The translations under genes were made by a program, and so were the position numbers. A model generated the notes under the pieces. That model saw nothing but the letters and a program-made list of their open reading frames with translations, was not told where the DNA came from and made no database searches. From a virus (taxonomy: Duplodnaviria > Caudoviricetes), in the IMG/VR virus record IMGVR_UViG_3300028878_000001, positions 1 to 57,976 of that record: a DNA stretch of 57,976 nt; one strand, written 5' to 3'. Below are positions 51,260-57,976 of the stretch, piece by piece. Numbering within the stretch: the first letter of the stretch is position 1; each line of letters begins with the position of its first letter.

Positions 51260-51928
51260 TCAGGTGGTGGGCCAGGGTTGGCGGGCGGCGGCGCAGGTGC
51301 GGGCGTGGGTGGCGGCCGCTCCGCCTGCGGCACCGCCGCTCCACCCGCACGCGCAGTTGTAGTAGACGGCCGGTCGGTAGCCGGGACCGCCCTGCTTGGT
51401 GGTCTTGCGCATGGAGCCATAGGGGCCGTCGACCGTCCCGGCGATCTGGCCGGCGGTCTTGGGCTGGTCGGCCTGTCCGTTGCGGGCGGCGGTGTCGGCG
51501 GCGGCCACATAGTTGGCGTGCTTGGCGGCCATGTGCTGGGCCAGGTTGTTGAAGGGTGCTCGGGAACAGGCGGGGACCGGGCACACGCCGTGGGCGGCGC
51601 GGCGGCGGGCCCGGGTCAACTGCCCTTTGAGGATGCTCTTGGCCTTGCGTTCCTTCCCTTCCTCGATCCGCCACCACTCGGCCGTCTCCCACGCGGCGGT
51701 GAGCGCCCGTTGCTTGGCTTCCAGCTCCTTGCGGAGCTTCTGTTCGGTGGTCTCGCGGTAGACCCGCGGGTGGCCGTTGGGGCAGTACCACGTCTTGCCG
51801 TCGTCCTGGCGTTCCTCCCTCCAGCGGGGCGGGACCGCGAAGCTGATCCCGCACTCGCCGCAGACGATCAGCTCCAGGCGGGTGGTGGTGGTCGGCGCGA
51901 TGTACCGGGTGGCCGTGGTGGCGGTCAT
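51260..51928 (-). CDS. Zn-finger plus coiled-coil phage protein
   Basis: C..CGI.FAVP, YCPNGH, coiled coil, GVCP..C.R.F.NL..HM..KH. Confidence 0.7.
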   Translation of the reverse strand: MTATTATRYIAPTTTTRLELIVCGECGISFAVPPRWREERQDDGKTWYCPNGHPRVYRETTEQKLRKELEAKQRALTAAWETAEWWRIEEGKERKAKSILKGQLTRARRRAAHGVCPVPACSRAPFNNLAQHMAAKHANYVAAADTAARNGQADQPKTAGQIAGTVDGPYGSMRKTTKQGGPGYRPAVYYNCACGWSGGAAGGAAATHARTCAAARQPWPTT

Positions 51929-51953
51929 GGCGGGCCGTCCTTTCCTGGCGGGG

Positions 51954-52370
51954 TCAGGTTTCGATGGCGGTGTAGCGCCAGTGGCAGCGGGCACCGTCGC
52001 CGGTCATGTCCTCGAACCGGATGCCGACCTTCCAGCCGGTGGGGACGTACAGCAGGCCGGTCCAGCACAGCTCCCGGCCGGGTGGGACCTCGACCGGGGT
52101 GATGCCGCCGGGGGCGAAGCGGGCATGGTCGGTTTCGGGGTCTTGGCCGTCCAGCAGCAGGAAGGTGGCCAGGTTGGGGTGGTCTTCGGCGTTGTGGGCG
52201 TAGATGGACTGGAGGATCCACAGCTTGCCGACCGGGACGCCGACGTGGGGGCGGGTCGACACCGCCGGGCCCGGTTTGGAGTCCCACGACACCGACTCCC
52301 CGATGACATCGCGGCCCATCGGGTAGCGGGCGCTCAGCGACCGGATGGGAGTGCGGGTGAAGATGGTCAA
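51954..52370 (-). CDS. Hypothetical beta-rich protein (138 aa)
   Basis: TTG behind AGGAGG, overlapping the GT2 stop. Confidence 0.55.
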   Translation of the reverse strand: MTIFTRTPIRSLSARYPMGRDVIGESVSWDSKPGPAVSTRPHVGVPVGKLWILQSIYAHNAEDHPNLATFLLLDGQDPETDHARFAPGGITPVEVPPGRELCWTGLLYVPTGWKVGIRFEDMTGDGARCHWRYTAIET

Positions 52371-53650
52371 GGGGCCTCCTGGTCCTGGGGTTGGGTGTCG
52401 GCTGACCCGTCGGGACTGATGATGGTGTTGGGCGGCGGTGGCGGCAACACGACGGTCGCTGGTGGTGGGGGGGCGGGGGGCGGCTGGGGTGGCGGAGCGT
52501 ACCGTACCGCGGCGGCGGTCAGCACCACCGCCGTGAGGGTGGCCAGGGCGGCGCGGCGTTCCCGGGTCATGGGGTGGATGACCTTGGTGTGCCCGTGGCG
52601 GCCGGTCCATGCCCCGTAGTGGCGGCCCAGGATCCACTCGCGCACGAAGCTCCACAGGTACAGGGCCTTGTTGTACAGGTTGACCAGCGTGTACGGCACC
52701 GCCCCACACACCGCCTCGCGGGGGCCGACAACAGTGGCGACCAGCATGGTGTTGAAGGCGAGGCGGCCAGCCATGAACCAACCGTAGCCGGCCACCCACG
52801 GCTTGTGGGTGATCAGCCCCCAACCCAGCAGCCCATAGGACAGCGGCAGGGTGAGCAGGTCGAACAGGGCCGTCCACACCACCAGCATCGCCTTGGGGTG
52901 CAACAGCCCACGCTTGTGTTTGGCCATGGTCTGGAAGTAGCCGGCGGCCCACCGTTGCATCTGGGCCCGGTAGGCCGCGAAGGTTTCGGGGTCCATGGTG
53001 AGGGCGGTCGCCCGGCCGATGTAGCCGACCCGGAACCCGGCCCGGTGCAGCGCCCAGGTGGCGTCCATATCGGCGCTGATGCCCACGCTGGGGAACCCAC
53101 CGATGGCCTTGAGGGCGTCGGTGCGGAACGCATAGCAGGCGCCGGTGAGGACCTGGATGCGGCCGACCTTGGACTGCGACCATCGCCACCAGCGCCGACC
53201 CAAGGCGTAGGCGTAGCGGCGGGCGCGGATGAAGAACCCCTTGGCCTGCGCGGGCAGGACGGTGCCGCCGACGGCGTCGTAGCCGCCGGCGAGGGCGGCC
53301 AGCTCCAGCGCGATGCAGTCGGGCTCAGGGAAGGTGTCGGCGTCGAACCCGACCACCACATCGGAGGTGATGGTGGGCAGGACCAGGTTCTGCTTGCCGT
53401 CCTTGGATGGGTCAGGGGTGGTCCACACCTCCACCCCACAGGCGCGGGCCAGGGCGGCGCTGTTGTCGGCGCCGGGGCCGTCGTAGGCCACCACCACCAC
53501 CCGTTCCAGCGGGTAGCTTGAGGCTTGGATGGCGTGCAGGCAGCGGACGATGGTGGGCTGGTCGGCGTGGGCGGGGACCAGCACCGTCGCCGTCAGCCCC
53601 CCACCGCAGGCACCGGCGGCGGGGGGGCTGACGGCGACGGTGGCGGTCAT
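52367..53650 (-). CDS. Processive GT2 glycosyltransferase (PgaC/cellulose-synthase-like)
   Basis: VLVPAH, FDADT (DxD), SADMD (ED-equivalent), QMQRW (QxxRW), C-terminal TM helices. Confidence 0.88.
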   Translation of the reverse strand: MTATVAVSPPAAGACGGGLTATVLVPAHADQPTIVRCLHAIQASSYPLERVVVVAYDGPGADNSAALARACGVEVWTTPDPSKDGKQNLVLPTITSDVVVGFDADTFPEPDCIALELAALAGGYDAVGGTVLPAQAKGFFIRARRYAYALGRRWWRWSQSKVGRIQVLTGACYAFRTDALKAIGGFPSVGISADMDATWALHRAGFRVGYIGRATALTMDPETFAAYRAQMQRWAAGYFQTMAKHKRGLLHPKAMLVVWTALFDLLTLPLSYGLLGWGLITHKPWVAGYGWFMAGRLAFNTMLVATVVGPREAVCGAVPYTLVNLYNKALYLWSFVREWILGRHYGAWTGRHGHTKVIHPMTRERRAALATLTAVVLTAAAVRYAPPPQPPPAPPPPATVVLPPPPPNTIISPDGSADTQPQDQEAP

Positions 53651-54018
53651 CGGGCCTGTTTGCAGCTTACGGTCTGGCCTCGGACCGCCTCGGCGATCTT
53701 GGGGAGCTGGGCGGCGACCTGGGCGTCGAAGCGGGCTTCGGTGGTCTTGCCCTTGTGGTGGTCGTTCGCGACGGTACGGAGGGCCTCGACCGCGACCCTG
53801 ACCGTCTCGGTGTTGATGGTGCATTCGGTGCGGACCACCTCGGAGGCGGTTGGGGCGACCGGCTTGGGCTGCATTCGGGTACCGAGCACGAACGCCCCCG
53901 CCACCATCACCGCCACCATCACCGCAAGCAGCCAGCCCAGCAGCCGGTTGCGGCGGTGGCGGGGGCGGTGGCGGGTGGCGCGGGTGCCGACGATCCCGTT
54001 GTGTTCAGGTTCACGCAT
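53647..54018 (-). CDS. Single-TM membrane protein
   Basis: Basic stretch then LLGWLLAVMVAVMVAGAFVLG; ATGA-coupled to GT2. Confidence 0.6.
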   Translation of the reverse strand: MREPEHNGIVGTRATRHRPRHRRNRLLGWLLAVMVAVMVAGAFVLGTRMQPKPVAPTASEVVRTECTINTETVRVAVEALRTVANDHHKGKTTEARFDAQVAAQLPKIAEAVRGQTVSCKQAR

Positions 54019-54273
54019 GGCACACCTCGAGTGGGAGGCGGAAGAGGGGGGTCAATCGGGGTCGTCGCTGTTGGCCATCCGGGTGACCACCGCAGCGACC
54101 CCACCGAGGAACGCAGCGACTGGGCCGGCCGCGAACGCCAGCACCGCCCCCACCGCGGTGACCACCACCGCCGAGGCGGTCAGAATCGCCGAGCCGATAC
54201 CGGTGAACGGGAGTTCGTCTCCGTACAAGGGGTCTTGTCTCCTCTCGTGGATGTTGCTCGCAACAGTAACCGG

Positions 54274-54537
54274 TCAGGGAGGCTCCTCGGGGGGCCGCCA
54301 CCCCAGCCGCCGCAGCCGGTCCTCCTCGATCTGGCCGCGGCTGGGCAGCCGCCGCACCAACAGCCAGAGCACGAACCCCACCCCGGCCGAGTACGCGACG
54401 ATCCCAAGCGGCCACAGCCAGCCACCGCCCGCCTTGGCGACCAGCCACAGCATGAAGGTGAGAGGCAGCCCCATCGTCAGGTAAGCGAAGGCGGCCGTCC
54501 GCAGCCCTGCCCAGGTTGGCCGCAGCCGAGTCGCCAT
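54274..54537 (-). CDS. Small two-TM membrane protein
   Basis: TGATG coupling; two hydrophobic helices. Confidence 0.55.
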   Translation of the reverse strand: MATRLRPTWAGLRTAAFAYLTMGLPLTFMLWLVAKAGGGWLWPLGIVAYSAGVGFVLWLLVRRLPSRGQIEEDRLRRLGWRPPEEPP

Positions 54538-55814
54538 CACCACCACCGCCAGAAGGTCCGCATCATCCGCTGCGCGCAGACCAGGTCCAGCTCGGCACCC
54601 CGGCACGCCAGCCGGATCGTCTCGGTTGGCACGGCAACGTCGACGTCGCGGCACACCGCCAGGTACAGCCGCCCCTCCAGCCGATCCTTGCGGGTCACCT
54701 CGGCCAGGTTGACCTGCGGCCACACGTTGGATCGGGTGCTGGTGCCGCCGGCCCAGCGGGCCACCAGATGGTCCCACTCGAACACCCGGGTCGACGGGCT
54801 GAAGCCGTAGCCGGCGAGCACCTGCCGCTTGCCGTCGGGGGTCAGCTCACGGCGCGGGTTGTAGCTGGTCTGGCACACCCCGGTGGCGGTCGGGATGACC
54901 GCGCCGGGGGTGAGCTTGGGGCGGGGGCAGCCGGCCCCCAGGGGGCAGCCGTTGGCGACCCTCGGACGCCGCGTTGTCGACGGCCCCAGAGCGACCGTTG
55001 GGGCGGTCGTGGAGGGGCCGACGGTGGCGCTGCTGGTGTCAGGTCCGGCCTGACGCGAGAGCGTGCTTGGTGGCGGGGTTGGGGGCCCGTCGCCGGCGGT
55101 GCAGCCGGCCACGATGAGCGTGCCGGCAACCACACCCGTCAGCAAGCCAAGCAACACGGGATGTTCGCGCCAGCCTCGCGGGCAAGGCAAGCAACCGTTT
55201 GCGGGGTGCGGCCGGGCCGGGAGTGCCGGCCGGGGCGGCATCAGCATCGGAGCTTGCGGAGAGGCTGATGCCGCGGGAGGCCGGTGCGAGCGGCCCGGCC
55301 GCACCCCGCGCCGGGTGGCAGGTCCTGGTGGTGGTTGGAGATACAGGTCCCCCGGTCGCTCGGGGCCGGCGCCGCGGCCCGAGGTGGGGCGGCGCCGGTG
55401 GGTGAGCTTGCCCCAGCCAACCACGACGGCGGTGGTCAGCCAGAGCCCGCGGTTCTTGTTCCCGAACCACAGGACGCTGAGGTCGTGGATGCGCTGGTGT
55501 TCGGGGAGGGTGACCAGCACCAGCTGCCAGGGGAGTTCGCGGCCGACGTTGATGTAGGTCCAGTGGTGGGCGCGGAGGTAGTGGGGGCGGGCGAAGTGGC
55601 TGGGGCGGACAGCGACGGGGCCGGGGTGTCCGGTGACGGCCGAGCGGGCACCGCGGCGGCGAACCAGGTCGGCGGTGACGGCCTGGAACCCTGGCGACCG
55701 GATCCAGGTGTGGTAGTCGTCGCCGCTGATGCGGCCGCGGATCCCGAGGGCCAGGAAGGCGACGAACCCGGTGGCGGCCAGGCCGGCGAGCAGGCCAACG
55801 ACGATGCCGGTCAC
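54537..55814 (-). CDS. Membrane protein with two HNH-like domains and an internal lipobox
   Basis: N-terminal Y..WI.SP...HH.TY..VG.E...L......H..IH; internal LIVAGC; C-terminal EWDHLV...GG....NVWPQ...KDRLE..L...VC. Confidence 0.62.
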   Translation of the reverse strand: MTGIVVGLLAGLAATGFVAFLALGIRGRISGDDYHTWIRSPGFQAVTADLVRRRGARSAVTGHPGPVAVRPSHFARPHYLRAHHWTYINVGRELPWQLVLVTLPEHQRIHDLSVLWFGNKNRGLWLTTAVVVGWGKLTHRRRPTSGRGAGPERPGDLYLQPPPGPATRRGVRPGRSHRPPAASASPQAPMLMPPRPALPARPHPANGCLPCPRGWREHPVLLGLLTGVVAGTLIVAGCTAGDGPPTPPPSTLSRQAGPDTSSATVGPSTTAPTVALGPSTTRRPRVANGCPLGAGCPRPKLTPGAVIPTATGVCQTSYNPRRELTPDGKRQVLAGYGFSPSTRVFEWDHLVARWAGGTSTRSNVWPQVNLAEVTRKDRLEGRLYLAVCRDVDVAVPTETIRLACRGAELDLVCAQRMMRTFWRWW

Positions 55815-56728
55815 GGGCGGCGCCAGATGCGTTGGTGCAGGGGAAGCCGGACACCACCGCCAAGCTGATAGTCGGGGTCAGGGTCGTGGCGAAGGTAGAG
55901 GCCGCTGTACTGGTCGAAGATCCAGCCGTTGATGGGGCCGGACCCTCCTTCCATGAACTGCCGGCGGACCTCGGGGTCGGGGTGGGCGTCGGGGGTGTAG
56001 CCGCGGACCTCAAACTCGCCGCGGCCGGGGTCGTAGCTGTTGGCGGTGGTCATGCCCCCACCGCTCCCGCGGCGGCTGGTGCCTCCGGCGCGGCCGGGGG
56101 CGTGCTTGCCCTTGTAGGTCTCTCCTTCCTTGACGGCCTGGCCGGCCCGCTGGAGCTTGCGGTTGCGCCAGTCACGGAACCGTCGGGTTTCGGTGCGGCG
56201 GCCAGCCCGGTACTCCTCTTGGCGGACGGCGCCGCCGATGTAGCCGAGGCCGTGGTGGAAGGTGCGGAGGGCGACGAACAGCAGGAACAGCAGCAGCAGC
56301 AGCCAGCCGGTGGTGGTGAGGGCCTCGGCGAATGCCAGGCCGGCGTCGTAGCCGCCGTAGCGGATGCGGCCCATGAGGATGGAGGCGAACATGAGGATGG
56401 ACGCGGCCGCGATGACCAGCCGCCAGAACCCCCAGCGGCGGAACGCCAGTAGCAGCCCCCACGGCAGCACCCCACCGAACACGACCGGGTACCGCAGGGC
56501 GAGGTAGGGGACGAGCCCGACAGCCAGCAGCACCAGCGACCACAGCCGGCCGCTGGTCTGGCGGCCGGTCAAGCTGGCGATGAGCCCACCGCCGATCCAG
56601 GCCACCACGGCGTAGATGATGGCGCCGAGCTGCATGGTGTCGGGGTCGACCCCGAACGCGGTGAGCTGCCAGCGTGGCCCGAGCGGGTCGGCTCGCATCG
56701 CGCCGGCGAGATCCCACAGGGCGCGCAT
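55811..56728 (-). CDS. Multi-TM membrane protein
   Basis: Start MRALWDL 2 nt after the upstream stop; about five hydrophobic segments. Confidence 0.6.
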   Translation of the reverse strand: MRALWDLAGAMRADPLGPRWQLTAFGVDPDTMQLGAIIYAVVAWIGGGLIASLTGRQTSGRLWSLVLLAVGLVPYLALRYPVVFGGVLPWGLLLAFRRWGFWRLVIAAASILMFASILMGRIRYGGYDAGLAFAEALTTTGWLLLLLFLLFVALRTFHHGLGYIGGAVRQEEYRAGRRTETRRFRDWRNRKLQRAGQAVKEGETYKGKHAPGRAGGTSRRGSGGGMTTANSYDPGRGEFEVRGYTPDAHPDPEVRRQFMEGGSGPINGWIFDQYSGLYLRHDPDPDYQLGGGVRLPLHQRIWRRP

Positions 56729-56730
56729 CG

Positions 56731-56955
56731 TCAGCTCAGCAGGTGATGGATGGTGCCGGCGACCAGGGGGTGGGTGGCGTGGCCGGCGATGCTGGACAGG
56801 CCACGGAAGGACTCGAACAGCTGGCGGATCCCGAAGCGGATGTTGTCGGCGCCGGCGAGGTCCTGGGCCTTGTTGATGGCGAAGTTGATGAACCAGGCGA
56901 GGAAGATCAGCAGCGCGATCGCAGCGACCGCACCACGGTTCTTGATGACGCCCAT
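56731..56955 (-). CDS. Small membrane protein (74 aa)
   Basis: GAAAGGAG RBS; N-terminal hydrophobic helix. Confidence 0.65.
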   Translation of the reverse strand: MGVIKNRGAVAAIALLIFLAWFINFAINKAQDLAGADNIRFGIRQLFESFRGLSSIAGHATHPLVAGTIHHLLS

Positions 56956-56972
56956 GGGGGGCTCCTTTCGGT

Positions 56973-57976
56973 CTAGCTGACGGCCTTGAGCCGTCGGGTT
57001 GCGGGGGTGGGTTGGTAGGCTTGGGCCTCAGCGAGCCCGTCGTCGGTGGTGACCCATCCGAGCCCGCGGCGGCGCTTCTGCTTGAACGGTGGCACCACGT
57101 CGAACAGCACCCTCCACTGGTTGTTGTCGAGCCATCCTCCGTAGCGTAGATCGAAGCTGTCACGGACATGGCCGATGGCGGCGATGCGGCCGTTGGTGCC
57201 CAACCCGACCAGGTGGTAGCCGGGCTCGCGGCCGCGGTTGGCGCAGAACATGATCCAGTGTTGGGCTTGTTCGATCAGCTTCTTGTCGGGGTTGCTGGGC
57301 AACGGTTTGGTCATCAGCTCGGGCAGCTCGTCGACCACCACCAGCACCCGGCCACGCTGTTCGATCCGCTGGCGGTAGGTCAGTTTGCCGGTCTCGTTGT
57401 CGACGGCGGCCTGCTCGATCTCTTCGGCCAGCTCCTTGAGCCGGGCGACCCGGGCGGTGAGGGTGCGGATGCTGCGGCCGGGGAAGGTGCCTTTGGGGTC
57501 CAACAGCACCGTGCTCCAGTGGTTGGGCCAGCGGTCGCAGTGGGCCAGGATCGTGGCCAGCACCAGCCGGGTCTTTCCCCACCCGGTCCGGGCGATCGAC
57601 AGGAAGTGGGTGGAGTCGATCACCTGGGGGTCGTCGGAGGGGTCGGCCATGTCGTCGGTCTGCCAGTAGAAGCTGCCGCGGCGGCCGGCCGCGAACGGCA
57701 CCATCCACGGCTCGTCCAGCACCACGTCGGGGATCAGCTCGGGTGGGGTGGCCGGCATCCGGGGGGCGAGGGTGATCAGGAGCATGCGGGTGCCGGGCAG
57801 CTGCTTGAGGGTCCACAGCTCGCCGGTGTGGAAGTCGAGGTGGCGGCCGAACGCTTCCAGGTCGTCGGGGTCGAGGCCAAGCCCGGTGAACAGCAGCATG
57901 CGGGAAGGGACCAGCTTGCCGGCGGCGCCGACGGCGACCCCCAGGGGGATGACCGCGCCACGTTCGGGTGTGAGGG
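56973..57976 (-). CDS. FtsK/SpoIIIE (TraB-like) ATPase, 5' end outside the window
   Basis: HFLSIARTGWGKT (Walker A variant), LLDPK, VLVVVDELPELM (Walker B), GREPGYHL (Arg finger); frame open to the window edge. Confidence 0.78.
   Translation of the reverse strand, partial: LTPERGAVIPLGVAVGAAGKLVPSRMLLFTGLGLDPDDLEAFGRHLDFHTGELWTLKQLPGTRMLLITLAPRMPATPPELIPDVVLDEPWMVPFAAGRRGSFYWQTDDMADPSDDPQVIDSTHFLSIARTGWGKTRLVLATILAHCDRWPNHWSTVLLDPKGTFPGRSIRTLTARVARLKELAEEIEQAAVDNETGKLTYRQRIEQRGRVLVVVDELPELMTKPLPSNPDKKLIEQAQHWIMFCANRGREPGYHLVGLGTNGRIAAIGHVRDSFDLRYGGWLDNNQWRVLFDVVPPFKQKRRRGLGWVTTDDGLAEAQAYQPTPATRRLKAVS

Overview
A very GC-rich stretch of a tailed phage or prophage, most likely infecting an actinobacterium (WhiB, actinophage-type small terminase, LAXTG sorting signal). 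No host housekeeping genes, integrase, replication genes or tail genes are visible, so the genome continues beyond the window. (1) 0.3-10.6 kb, minus strand: HK97-type head module (TerS, TerL, portal, prohead protease, major capsid, decoration-like genes). A plus-strand cassette sits between terL and portal; it carries an HU with an Arg/Ser tail and a tRNA-like structured RNA. (2) 10.6-21.4 kb: late-region cargo between the HNH gene and terS, including a tRNA-Met(CAT), a probable thymine hypermodification cluster (TET/JBP dioxygenase, P-loop kinase, PLP enzyme, amino-acid:DNA transferase), a ClpP and, just beyond HNH, an Excalibur/LAXTG surface protein. (3) 22.4-29.8 kb: a run of tiny minus-strand genes behind a strong sigma70-like promoter and a long structured leader, with two more tRNA-like elements. 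(4) 29.9-44 kb: two divergent operons of small genes driven from a symmetric bidirectional promoter at 39.7 kb (ArdC-N, GIY-YIG-like, DUF3846, DUF6283, DUF6166, HTH genes). (5) 44.6-58 kb, minus strand: WhiB-HTH fusion, envelope cargo (metallophosphoesterase, processive GT2, SAM methyltransferase, 32-aa peptide, double-HNH protein) and a partial FtsK/TraB-like ATPase with small membrane proteins. The least explained signals are three anticodon-less tRNA-like RNA elements and two inverted non-coding arrays of 11-bp-phased YTGGCC repeats 35 kb apart. All calls come from reading motifs by eye; no database search or folding program was run.
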